Assembly: GCA_002238785.1 (NCBI GenBank) | Contig: MPNA01000011.1 | Location: forward strand, 10,304 to 74,303 | Reading direction: 5' to 3' | DNA length: 64,000 nt | Source of the DNA: a bacterium OM1 bin76 | GTDB taxonomy: Bacteria > Actinomycetota > Acidimicrobiia > Spongiisociales > ZC4RG35 | Part shown: in pieces, positions 19,083 to 28,316 of the stretch | How the letters are laid out: each line of letters starts with the position of its first letter | Numbering within the stretch: position 1 is the stretch's first letter | Program-made: the position numbers and the translations under genes | Notes under the pieces: generated by a model | Told to the model about the DNA's origin: nothing | Seen by the model: only the letters and a program-made list of their open reading frames with translations | The model's database searches: none

Positions 19083-19495
19083 AGAAACAGTCTCCCCGTT
19101 TGCAAGAAAAGGACGGTAAAGGGTTGTCTTTGTCCCATGAATGTGGCATATTGGATACTGTCACGAAAAACACCTCCCGGCCCCGTCCTGACGTCAACCC
19201 GGGCCACGATCTCTGATCGGAGGTCATAGTTGAAGAGCACCTCCCCCTCTGGGATGGTCTGCCGAAGCGCGTCCTTCGACCCTTGGCGGCGGTGGCGGGG
19301 GTGGGGCCCAACGGGCGAGTAGGAACAGGTAAAATGTCGCGGGATAGCATTGAGTTTTCGCGATATTGCCGGATCCGGTGGTGTGACTGGTCCCGCCTCC
19401 CCGCGCATCCTCGATGTCACCCTCACGTCGGGAGGTGGGGGTGCCCTTGCGTTGGCTTATGTCCATGCCTTAACTGATTGATACTCTGGCGGCCT

Positions 19496-20266
19496 ATGAC
19501 TTCCGATTTGGATTCTCGAAGAGCGGTGGTCACCGGCGGGGCGGGGGGTCTGGGGTTGGTGATCGCCAGTTCCTTGGCAGAAGCCGGGGTTTCCACGTTT
19601 GTCGGTGACATCGACCCATCCGCAGTTGCGGCTCTACCTACCAATCTCACCGGATGTACGGTGGACGTCGCCGACGCTGACGCGGTAGCCGCCTGGCTCG
19701 ATCCTATCGCAGCCGAAGGCATTGACATCTTGGTGAACAACGCTGGCTCGGCGGGGCCCACCGCCGCGGTGGAATACATTGATCCGGGGGAATGGCGAAG
19801 ATGCCTAGAAGTCTGTCTGTCAGGTCACTTCTACTGCGCTCGCCGGGTGGTTCCCGCCATGAAGCAGCGCGGTGGAGGCGCCATAGTGAACATCACCTCC
19901 ACCGCGGGGTTGATGGGCATGCCCAATCGCACCCCCTACGTGGCGGCCAAGTTCGGAGTGATCGGCTTGACCAAGACTCTGGCTATGGAACTGGGCCGTC
20001 ATAACATCAGGGTGAACGCCATAGCCCCCGGTTCGATCACCGGCGACCGGATGGACCGGGTGATTTCCGCACACGCTGTCGCGGAAGGCATAACCGTCGA
20101 GGAGGCTCGCTCGGCGTACGTACAGGGAACCTCGATGGCCACCTTCGTGGCGCCCCAGGAAGTGGCGGACTTGGTGCTGTACCTGGTCGGCTCTTCTGGG
20201 CGTAGCATCAGCGGGCAGGTGATCTCTGTCGACGGCAACACCGAGACCCTTTACCCTCGTCTTTGA
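19496..20266 (+). CDS. Short-chain dehydrogenase/reductase (copy A, intact)
   Basis: VVTGGAGGLG cofactor motif, NNAG, and YVAAK catalytic Tyr/Lys. Start moved to MTSDLDSRRAVV. Confidence 0.9.
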   Translation: MTSDLDSRRAVVTGGAGGLGLVIASSLAEAGVSTFVGDIDPSAVAALPTNLTGCTVDVADADAVAAWLDPIAAEGIDILVNNAGSAGPTAAVEYIDPGEWRRCLEVCLSGHFYCARRVVPAMKQRGGGAIVNITSTAGLMGMPNRTPYVAAKFGVIGLTKTLAMELGRHNIRVNAIAPGSITGDRMDRVISAHAVAEGITVEEARSAYVQGTSMATFVAPQEVADLVLYLVGSSGRSISGQVISVDGNTETLYPRL

Positions 20267-20386
20267 ACTGGGGCGTGTTCACGCTCTTCCCGCTTGGACA
20301 ACTCGACATTGTTTTTCAAAGCGTTCATGACTTTCGCCCTCACCCACGACACCCCACGAACCGGGATCACGCCCTGGGAAGGTCGA

Positions 20387-21622
20387 TCATTTTCTTTGTT
20401 TGGTGGGGCGTTTGCGGGTGCGTCGGCGTCGCCGGTGGCGGGGGTGGTGGTTGGTTTGGCGGGTGGGTCGTCGCCAGTCGGTGATCGGCGGCCGGCGGAG
20501 CGTGTACTTCCCGGTTGGGGTTTGGTGCACGGTCCAGTCTTGGTCGTGGACCTTGTGGTGACATCGGGTGCACAGCAGGCACATGTTCTCCAGGCTGGTG
20601 GGGCCTCCGTCCTGCCAATGAACAATATGGTGGGCTTGACACCAGGACGCTTTGGCGCCGCAACCGATGCAGTGTTTGTCGCGGGCGACCAAAGCAGCGC
20701 GTTGGGAACCGCTGGCGGTACGCCGGGCCCGTCCCAGGTCCACGGGTATCGAACCACCCGAGAAGATGGCAGGCAGCACCTGAGCGTCGCACCCCAAACG
20801 GCGCAACGTTCCCGCCGGAACCGGGGTGCCGTTCTCCAAGCGGGGGTTGCCCAACCGTCCGCTGACCGCGTCGTAGTCGGCGATCAACAACAGTCGCACA
20901 TCCTGAGAACGACCCTCCCCACCCTTCCCTTGACGAGTAAGAAGTTTTGCTAGGGCGTCGGCCATCCGCTGTGGAGCCGTGGCCCGGTCGGTGGGGTCCT
21001 CCTTGTGCCACAACTGGTTCATCATCGCCGAGACGGCCGTTTCGATCCGAGCGCCGGTAACAGGGTCGAACCGCCCGTACAGCACGGTCATTCCATCGTC
21101 GGCATCGGTGGTGATCTTCGCGAAGCGGCGGGAACGCTGATGCTCCAACCTGGTGACACCATCATCACGGGACTGTCGTTGTTCGTGCTTGCGGACTGAC
21201 CGGGCGAACTTGTCAGGAGACTGGGAACGGGCATCATCCAACAACTCGTCCTCTTTGATGGTTCCCCGCTGGTTAGCACTGGCCAGGATGCGGGCATTGT
21301 CCGCAGAGATCTCCCCCTTCCAGAAACCCTCCCGCGTCTTGGGCAACTCCTCCAACTCCTTGGCGGTTTCCACCTCCGAACGGGCCCGCCGTCTGCCCAA
21401 CAAACCATCCTCCCGCAAAACCGATTCCACCAGTTCGGCTCCCTCGCGTCGTTCCAGTTCCGCCACCGCCTCGGCACGGTCCGCAGCAGCCTGGTTCTGA
21501 CAGCGGATCGTAGACCTAATCCGCTGTCTCAACTGTTCCACCGACGCCTCCGCCACCGGCAGGGTGGGCCTCACCAGACGCGCCCTGTTCACCACCGCGG
21601 GGTTCGCAGACTCTGTATTCAT
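20387..21622 (-). CDS. DUF222 / HNH endonuclease (13E12-repeat-family type)
   Basis: C-terminal CIGCGAKASWCQAHHIVHWQDGGPTSLENMCLLCTRCHHKVH HNH motif. Long helical DUF222-like N-domain. Arg/Lys-rich tail. Start moved to MNTESANP. Confidence 0.85.
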   Translation of the reverse strand: MNTESANPAVVNRARLVRPTLPVAEASVEQLRQRIRSTIRCQNQAAADRAEAVAELERREGAELVESVLREDGLLGRRRARSEVETAKELEELPKTREGFWKGEISADNARILASANQRGTIKEDELLDDARSQSPDKFARSVRKHEQRQSRDDGVTRLEHQRSRRFAKITTDADDGMTVLYGRFDPVTGARIETAVSAMMNQLWHKEDPTDRATAPQRMADALAKLLTRQGKGGEGRSQDVRLLLIADYDAVSGRLGNPRLENGTPVPAGTLRRLGCDAQVLPAIFSGGSIPVDLGRARRTASGSQRAALVARDKHCIGCGAKASWCQAHHIVHWQDGGPTSLENMCLLCTRCHHKVHDQDWTVHQTPTGKYTLRRPPITDWRRPTRQTNHHPRHRRRRRTRKRPTKQRK

Positions 21623-21855
21623 ATCCACCAGTATGCACAGACCCTGTGACAAAACACCCCCACACAACACTACAGTGTGACAACAAACACTAAAACTTCA
21701 GTGGAACCCCACAACGAACATGCCTACTGGTCCTGATGACTCCGTTTACGTTCCCCTCTCGTCAACTTCGCTGTCATCCGCGATACCCCCCGAAACGTAA
21801 ACACGCCTAGAGGGGTGACCCTGAGAGACACCGCCCGAAAGGCCCACGTTTCGAA

Positions 21856-23595
21856 TCAGATGCTGCCCTCGACCTGGACCCTGATGATGTCCACGCCGTG
21901 AAACTTCTGGTGTCGTACGCCTGAGGCGTGGTATCGCAGCAGCCGGAGCGAGAGATCATCGGCGGTCGGCACGGCGACTTCGTCAGTCAGGAACGCCAGT
22001 TGATCCTCGATGTTCTCCTGGCGCGTTGTTGCTACGAACTCCAGTTCCACCATGACGCCCTGCGGCCGCGCCACGATGACGAGGCGAGGGGTCTCCGAGT
22101 CCCGGGTATCGTCCTCTAGCCACAGCAGGCTGGCGAGGGTCTCCTCTCCCGCCGATCGCAGCCGGAGCGCGGAGGCTTCGTTCCAGTTGAGCCTGGATGC
22201 CAGACCGGCGAGGAATCCATCGATCTCCGCTAGCGAGGACATGTCCAGGGTGACCTCGAGGCGGGAACGCCGCGTGCTCATAGCTTCCAGCAGGAGCGTC
22301 ATCCCGATCGCCGCCACCGCGCCGATGGTGACGCCGTTACCGAGCAGGGCGCCCAGATCATCGCCCAACAGGTCCCCTATCAAAGGGTGGCCGTGGAGAC
22401 CCAGGCCCAGTGCGGTGGCCACCGCCACCACCAGCACCCGCTGGGGGTCGATGCCGTCGCGCAGGATCGTCTGGCAGCCACTGACGAAGAGGATGCCCAT
22501 GGCGAGCATCAGGTAACCGCCCAACACCGGTCCGGGGATGGTCAGCAAAAGAGCCGTGAACTTGGAAAAGAAGGCCAGCGTTACGGAGACGATCCCCACA
22601 GCGATGCCTACTCGGCGTGCGGCGACACCGGTGAGATTGATCAACGAGAGGCTGTACGAGGAAATGGTCATCGGTGGCAGGGTGCCGCCAAGGCCGGCCA
22701 GCAACATCCCTATTCCGTTGACGCTGACCATTCCCTGGATCTTCCGGAAGTCGATGGCCCGCGGCCGGCGGCGGGAGTCCTGCTGAATCGCCACGCTGTC
22801 GCTGATCGTCTTGAGTCCGATCACCAGGGTGAGAATCGCGAATGATGGCAGAAGCGACCAGAACTGCTTGCTCAGTGTGAGATCGAAACTCAAGTCCGGC
22901 ATCTGGGGAATCCCGAACCAACCGGCGTTGGCGATCCGGTCCGCATCGAGCACACCGAATCCGGCGGCGACGGCGCATCCGGCCAGGATGCTGATGAACG
23001 GCGCCACGAGGCGCCAGCGTCCGCTGGCGCGCAGCGTGACGATCACCGAAACCAGCAACGTCGCCGCGGCGATCGCCGGGCCGGCGACGGCTGGGGTGCC
23101 GGTTGGCAGGTCGCGGACGCTGCCGAACGCAATGGGCAGCAGAGTGATGGCGATCAGGATCGTCACCGTGCCGGAGACCGCCGGTGTGATGATCCGCCGC
23201 AGCGTCGGCAGCCACCAGGCGAGTGCGACCTGGATGAAGCTGCAGACCATCAGGAGGCTGGCGAAGGTCGCCGGTCCGGCTATAGAGACCGTTGTCACCA
23301 TGATGGCGATGAACAGCGCCGCGGGGATGGTGAGCACCGCATGGCCGGCGCCGAATCGCCTCAGTTGGGAGGCTTGAAACGCCGTGGTGGCCGCGCAGAC
23401 CAGCATCGCGGCGAAGACGCCCCAGGTGAGGTAGGTGTCATCTAGTCCCGAAGAGCGAATCGCAATAGCCACGTTCAGCACGGTCGGCGCCAGCACGAGT
23501 GCGGCGCCCTGGAATCCGACCAGCAATGCGATGGACGGAGGACAGGCCTCCTCGGGCTCGAATCGAATGGGCTGTTCGGCGCTTTCGGCAGTCAA
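21856..23595 (-). CDS. NCS2 (xanthine/uracil permease-family) transporter with an extra ~135-aa cytoplasmic C-terminal domain
   Basis: About 12 TM segments with NCS2-like spacing. The soluble tail starts near STRRSRLEVTLDMSSLAEIDGF. TTG start per the ORF track. Confidence 0.75.
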   Translation of the reverse strand: MTAESAEQPIRFEPEEACPPSIALLVGFQGAALVLAPTVLNVAIAIRSSGLDDTYLTWGVFAAMLVCAATTAFQASQLRRFGAGHAVLTIPAALFIAIMVTTVSIAGPATFASLLMVCSFIQVALAWWLPTLRRIITPAVSGTVTILIAITLLPIAFGSVRDLPTGTPAVAGPAIAAATLLVSVIVTLRASGRWRLVAPFISILAGCAVAAGFGVLDADRIANAGWFGIPQMPDLSFDLTLSKQFWSLLPSFAILTLVIGLKTISDSVAIQQDSRRRPRAIDFRKIQGMVSVNGIGMLLAGLGGTLPPMTISSYSLSLINLTGVAARRVGIAVGIVSVTLAFFSKFTALLLTIPGPVLGGYLMLAMGILFVSGCQTILRDGIDPQRVLVVAVATALGLGLHGHPLIGDLLGDDLGALLGNGVTIGAVAAIGMTLLLEAMSTRRSRLEVTLDMSSLAEIDGFLAGLASRLNWNEASALRLRSAGEETLASLLWLEDDTRDSETPRLVIVARPQGVMVELEFVATTRQENIEDQLAFLTDEVAVPTADDLSLRLLRYHASGVRHQKFHGVDIIRVQVEGSI

Positions 23596-23640
23596 CGGTC
23601 AACCAATTGCTGTGTCGTTATCCAGCACGGACATCTTGAG
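23547..23640. repeat. Permease 5' end plus leader, copy E1 (with the intact gene)
   Basis: Alignable to 28268..28364 and 30277..30372. Shared core GTCAA(C/T)GGTCAACCAAT. Confidence 0.75.
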
Positions 23641-23652
23641 AATGGTAAATGG

Positions 23653-24102
23653 TCATCCGACTGGCTGGCGAAGCCTGACGCTGCCAGGTATGACCGGCTC
23701 CAGGACATCCTCTCGTACGAATTGGCTCCAGTTACTGATGAACTCGATCGGCCCAAGATGGTCGATGGCCGGGATGATTGTTTGTCGTTGCTCCTCGGTG
23801 AGCGACCGGCCCGACCGGCCCTGGTTCATCGGATCCCCAGCGTGCGGGTCAAGGCGGTCCAGTATCAGGATGCGGCTGAATCGATGATGAGGACCGAACG
23901 TATTGTTGATCTCTACCAACTGGCGCGTTACCGCAGCGTAAATCTGGACTTCCGCGGCGGCACGCTGCTCTTCTGTCAGTGCGCCGCTCCCACAAGCCGG
24001 TAGAAGAAGGAAGCCAACCAGGACGATGACCGGTGCCAACACGAGGGACTTCGACAGGCTCCGTCCATTCGCCGATTCTTGAGTTGCATGCGGAAAAGGC
24101 AT
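23653..24102 (-). pseudogene. C-terminally truncated lipoprotein paralogue (copy B)
   Basis: Lipobox LLPAC. Collinear with copy A up to ...PVI, then ends 9-10 codons later and lacks the ~55-aa Cys-containing C-terminus. Confidence 0.6.
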
Positions 24103-24164
24103 CTCGCACGGGTGGGACTCTAACCATATCCCGACAGTATGGCGGCAGAGGAGGAAGCGGGACT

Positions 24165-24341
24165 ATGATGTCTTGTGTCCGCACCACGCTGACTCTGGAC
24201 GACGACGAGGCGGCGTGCCGCCTTCGGACAGAAATCGACTCCATTCCCGAGGACATGTGGCCGTACCCTCAAGGAACCCGCCCGGCGAGCGCGCCTGTCA
24301 TCCAAGCGGATCGTCAACAACACCCCGCGTGGTGCCTGTGA
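24165..24341 (+). CDS. Possible orphan ribbon-helix-helix antitoxin-like micro-protein or remnant
   Basis: GGAGGA RBS about 10 nt upstream. MMSCVRTTLTLDDDEAACRLR resembles the MRTTLxLDDDL N-terminus of VapB-type antitoxins. No toxin gene follows. Confidence 0.3.
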   Translation: MMSCVRTTLTLDDDEAACRLRTEIDSIPEDMWPYPQGTRPASAPVIQADRQQHPAWCL

Positions 24342-24369
24342 CGGACTCTTATCGAGGCAGAGTCCCGAT

Positions 24370-26841
24370 GTGACGTCACTCCCCACCACCGCGGATGCCG
24401 GCCCGGCTTGGACCCGAGGCGGCTCAACCAGTTCAACGGGGCGCTCGAGGCCGCCGGCATCGGCAGTTGGCCGTCCGAGTGATCGTCCCCGAACTGTACC
24501 TGGTTCTTCACGCGCCCACCGCGGGCGCGCCGCAGCGACGAGCAGGAACGCCGGTGGTGGGAGGAAATGGCGTGTGGCTGCGGCGATTTGGGCGATCGCG
24601 ATCATTACCGCTAGCTGTGGGGGCGACGCCGACATCGCCGAGCCTCCCCCAGAGACGACATCCGCCATCGCCACGACTCCAGAAGAACCGCGGCCTGAGC
24701 CGACGGATACTTCCGACCCGGCGCGGCAAGACGACGCCGAAGCCGCCGATCCCAGCGACTCCTTCTTCGCCCTCGATCGGGTCTTGGAGATCGGCATCGA
24801 GATCGCAGCCGACGATTGGGATACGCTGCGCCACCAGACCCGGACTTTCGAAGACCTGATGGCGGAGATCGAGGAGTACGAACTTTCCCGGCCCTTTGCC
24901 AACATCTACACTTGGTTCAGCGCCACGGTGACGGTGGACGGAGAGATCCACACCGGCGTCGCGGTGCGCAAGAAGGGTTTCCTGGGCTCCCAGAGCGACA
25001 CCAAGCCGTCCCTGAAGCTCCGCTTCGACAAGTATGTCGACGACCAGTCGCTCGGCGGGGTCATGGAGCGGATGACCCTCAACAACAGCGTGCAGGACCC
25101 ATCGATGGTCAACACCTGCCTGTCGTATCGGGTATTCGCCGCGGCCGGCGTTCCCGCGCCGCGTTGCAACTTCGCCACCGTGTCCGTGAACGGGAGAGAA
25201 TTGGGGCTGTACGTCCATGTGGAGGAGATCAAGGCCCCGTTCCTGGCCCGTCATTTCGACAGCGCCGGGGGCGCCCTGTACGAGGGTACGGTCAGCGACT
25301 TCACGCCCGAATACCGCGGCACCATAGAGAAGAAAACCAACGAGGACGCCGCCGACTGGTCCGACATCGACGCCGTGGTGGCCGCTTTGGAGGACCGGTC
25401 CGACGCCGGCCTGAAGGCGCTGGGGGAGACTGTGGACCTGGAGCGGTTCTTGACGTTCTGGGCGACCGAGGTCCTGATCGGGCACTGGGACGGGTACGCC
25501 GGCGACCGCAACAACTACTGGTTCTACCGCGAACCCGACGGCCGCTTCGTGTTCCTTCCGTGGGGCGTCGACGACACCTTCCACCTTAAGGACGACCCCA
25601 ATCCCTTCGACAACATCTCCGACCCGCCCCCGTCGGTGCTGGCCCTCACGTCCATTCCGAACCGCCTGTACAACCACCCCGACTGGCGGGCCAGGTACGT
25701 CGAGCGACTCGAGGAGATACTGGAAACCGTCTGGGACGAGGACGAGTTGCTGGCCGCGGTGGACGAAATGGCCGCTGTCGTGCAGCGGCACGCTCTCCCC
25801 GCGGCCCGCCACTCCGCCGCTGACGACACCGAACGGGTGCGCAAGTTCATTCTGAAGCGGAAGGGCGAGATCCTGGCCGATCTCACCCCCGAGCCGCCCG
25901 AATGGCCGGAGCCGGAGGCCTACGTGCCGCCCGCCGTCGGGTCGGGAACCCTGGAGATCACCTTTGAGGCGACCTGGGACAGCAACCGCAGTTCCAACCC
26001 CCTGGGTGAGGGTGAGGTCACTCGCCTGGTGCTGGACGGGTCCCCCGAGACGGCCGAGAACACCGCGGTCCTCGCCGGCCACTCGGGTCCGGATGAGATC
26101 GGCCTGCTTCCGGGCGCTGACGAGCCCGCTTCCATCGTGGTCTTGAGCTTCGAAGACGATGGTTCCCTGTCGGGGATGACACTGGTGGTGGAACGGGACA
26201 GCCTGGCGCCGGGAGCCACGCTGGTGATCGGCGCCGACGCCATCGCCGGCGGGGTGTGGTCCCTCCCGGCGGGAGCGACGGCACCGGACATGTTCACGCC
26301 TTTCGCCGAGGGCGTGCTGAGACTCACGGCAGCCGGAACGTCTCGCGGCGACACTATCACCGGCGCCTTCTCAGGCCGGTTCGGATGGGAACCCGCCCCC
26401 ACTGCCGGCGCCGGCGCCGGCGCCGGCGCCGGCAGTGCTCCCGCCAACGTCGGTCTGGTCATCAACGAGGTGGCCGCCAAGGGGGACCCGCTGGATTGGT
26501 TCGAACTGCACAACACCTCGCACGAGGAGATATCGCTTGACGGCTTCGTGGTGGCGGACAGCCTCACCGACGCCGGTAAGCGGGTGGTCTTCCCGCCGGG
26601 CACGACCATGGCCCCCGGCGCCTACGTGCAGTTCGCCACCGACAAGGAGGGCTGGCCCGGATTCGCTCTGGGCGGAGACGAGGAGTTGGGGCTCTGGCTG
26701 AGCGACGGCGCTGCGGTCGACCAGGTCGACTGGAACGAGGGCGACTCCGGCGAGGGCCAGAGCTATGCCCGTGTGCCCGACGCCACCGGCGACTTCCAGA
26801 CCGTCGACAACCCCACCCCGGGATCCGCCAACCAACCGTGA
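24370..26841 (+). CDS. CotH-family kinase-like protein with C-terminal lamin-tail domain; predicted lipoprotein
   Basis: KPSLKLRFDKY...MTLNNSVQDPSMV...YEGT...WDGYAGDRNNYWFYREPDGRFVFLPWGVDDTF is CotH-like. C-terminal VINEVAAKGDPLDWFELHNTS...GAYVQF is LTD-like. Lipobox ITASC. The GTG start and the 68-aa R/P/S-rich N-extension are uncertain. Confidence 0.8.
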   Translation: MTSLPTTADAGPAWTRGGSTSSTGRSRPPASAVGRPSDRPRTVPGSSRAHRGRAAATSRNAGGGRKWRVAAAIWAIAIITASCGGDADIAEPPPETTSAIATTPEEPRPEPTDTSDPARQDDAEAADPSDSFFALDRVLEIGIEIAADDWDTLRHQTRTFEDLMAEIEEYELSRPFANIYTWFSATVTVDGEIHTGVAVRKKGFLGSQSDTKPSLKLRFDKYVDDQSLGGVMERMTLNNSVQDPSMVNTCLSYRVFAAAGVPAPRCNFATVSVNGRELGLYVHVEEIKAPFLARHFDSAGGALYEGTVSDFTPEYRGTIEKKTNEDAADWSDIDAVVAALEDRSDAGLKALGETVDLERFLTFWATEVLIGHWDGYAGDRNNYWFYREPDGRFVFLPWGVDDTFHLKDDPNPFDNISDPPPSVLALTSIPNRLYNHPDWRARYVERLEEILETVWDEDELLAAVDEMAAVVQRHALPAARHSAADDTERVRKFILKRKGEILADLTPEPPEWPEPEAYVPPAVGSGTLEITFEATWDSNRSSNPLGEGEVTRLVLDGSPETAENTAVLAGHSGPDEIGLLPGADEPASIVVLSFEDDGSLSGMTLVVERDSLAPGATLVIGADAIAGGVWSLPAGATAPDMFTPFAEGVLRLTAAGTSRGDTITGAFSGRFGWEPAPTAGAGAGAGAGSAPANVGLVINEVAAKGDPLDWFELHNTSHEEISLDGFVVADSLTDAGKRVVFPPGTTMAPGAYVQFATDKEGWPGFALGGDEELGLWLSDGAAVDQVDWNEGDSGEGQSYARVPDATGDFQTVDNPTPGSANQP
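26404..26433 (+). repeat. (GCCGGC)x5 tandem hexanucleotide repeat inside the CotH gene
   Basis: Encodes an (Ala-Gly)5 linker just before the LTD domain. Confidence 0.95.
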
Positions 26842-27072
26842 CGCTCGATTTCCGCCTGTGGAACAGCCGCACCGGCTCGGCGTCGCGCCAGTCGTGGTGG
26901 ATGCCGTGTTGGATACTGAACAACCAATCCATATAGATCGGGCGGGTTCTTGCTTTTGGATCATCTGCCTGAAGGAGCGATCTGCCTTAGAAGCAGACAG
27001 ACCTCAAAGCAGTACTCGGCAAAGTTCTCTTGCTGGTGATGACGCCGGTTCTCCCGCCCGTTATCTTCACTG

Positions 27073-27610
27073 TTGATGGCTCTGTTCGTGTCGCACCGGG
27101 AGCGTCGCCTGTGGTTCTGGACGCTCACCATAGTGGTGGCCATCTTCTCAACCCTGGGGCTGGCAGGAGCACTCGCCGAACAGCTTTCTGAATCGGGCCT
27201 GACCACGGTGGGCTTTGCCGCCGCGATGCTCCTGGTCGGGGTCACCGTGGTTATCCAAGGGTTGAGAACCAAGCCGACTGGCGCCGAGATCGGCGTGGCT
27301 CTTGGGGGTGGCAGTGGCCTATCTGATGGTTCTGATCCGGATGGCGCTCGCGGAACGTAGCTACCTCATTGAGTACGGAGTCGTGGCCTCATTCATCTAC
27401 GAGGCACTCAAGGAGCGAGCCGCCCGCGGTGGCCGGGTTCCCGTTCCCGCCGTGCTGACCGTCTTGGCCACCGGGGTGGTGGGAGTGTTGGATGAGGGCA
27501 TTCAACTCTTGTTGCCCAGTTGCCACTTCGACCCGGGTCGACATGCTGTTCAATGCGCTGGCCGCCGTCATGGCAGTCGTGGCGCGGGTGGCGCTGGCCT
27601 AGGCGAGACG
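27073..27610 (+). pseudogene. VanZ-family gene, copy B, frameshifted
   Basis: Split over at least two frames (27073..27360, 27302..27706). The VanZ signature is broken after LDEGIQLLLPSCHFDP. The right end is approximate. Confidence 0.7.
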
Positions 27611-27669
27611 TGGGAAAGCCGCCACACGGATCTGGAGACGGACAGCACCCTGGGTGATACGCTGCCGGC

Positions 27670-28171
27670 ATGGGTATCCGTTTGGATTCGTTACGGTCGG
27701 TGGTGACAGGGGGTGCAGGTGGCCTTGGGCTGGTGGTGGCCGAGGCATTGGCCGGAGCGGGCGCCACCACCTTCGTATGTGATGTCGACTCTGTGGCGGT
27801 GGAGTCGCTTCCTTCTCATCTCCATGGGGCGACTGTTGATGTGGCCGATGCCGATGCAATGGCTGCCTGGCTGGATCCGATCGCGGCGGAGGGGATCGAC
27901 GTGCTGGTGAATAACGCTGGGGCGGCGGGGCCGACCGCGGCCGTGGAAGAGATCAATCCCGCGGAGTGGCGAAGGTGTGTAGAGGTGTCCCTGTCGGGGC
28001 AGTTTTACTGCGCCCGCCGGGTGATTCCCGCCATGAAGGAGCGAGGGAGGGGAGCGATCATCAACATATCCTCCACGGCCGGGTTTATGGGGATGCCGAA
28101 TCGCTCTCCCTATGTGGCGGCCAAGTTCGGGGTGGTCGGGCTGACCAAGACCTGGCGATGGAACTGGGCCG
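27670..28171 (+). pseudogene. SDR gene, copy B, 3'-truncated
   Basis: Collinear with copy A through ...PYVAAKFGVVGLTKT. A 1-nt deletion follows, and homology stops after GAACTGGGCCG at about 28171. Confidence 0.8.
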
Positions 28172-28316
28172 AAGACCGAACCGCGATCGCCACATGCATC
28201 ACCGTCGGCGCCAAGACAAGCGCGGCGCCCTGAAACCCGACCAGCAGCGCAATCGACGGAGGACAGGCATCCTCGGGATCGAGTCGGATGGGTTGTTCGT
28301 GGTTACCGGCCGTCAA
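28172..28316 (-). pseudogene. 5' fragment (~48 codons) of an NCS2 permease paralogue
   Basis: MTAGNHEQPIRLDPEDACPPSIALLVGFQGAALVLAPTV matches the N-terminus MTAESAEQPIRFEPEEACPPSIALLVGFQGAALVLAPTV of the intact gene. Confidence 0.8.

Larger units (their letters stand above)
17778..23652. repeat. Segmental duplication, unit A (lipoprotein, VanZ, SDR, HNH, permease, leader)
   Basis: Gene-by-gene paralogy with 23653..28364. Examples: AEAEIYAAVTRHLVEFDNTFGPNHRF vs AAAEVQIYAAVTRQLVEINNTFGPHHRF; MALFASRRERRLWLWT vs MALFVSHRERRLWFWT; SDR N-halves nearly collinear. Confidence 0.8.

Noticed and set aside
24508-26082. 524-aa minus-strand ORF
   Set aside because: It is antisense to the CotH gene, is low-complexity G/R/V/P-rich and has no recognisable domains. 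It is a GC-rich antisense artefact.
26404-26433. (GCCGGC)x5 as a CRISPR-like or phase-variation repeat
   Set aside because: It is a single short tandem array inside a coding region. The 6-nt unit keeps the frame, so slippage would only change linker length. It has no spacer structure.
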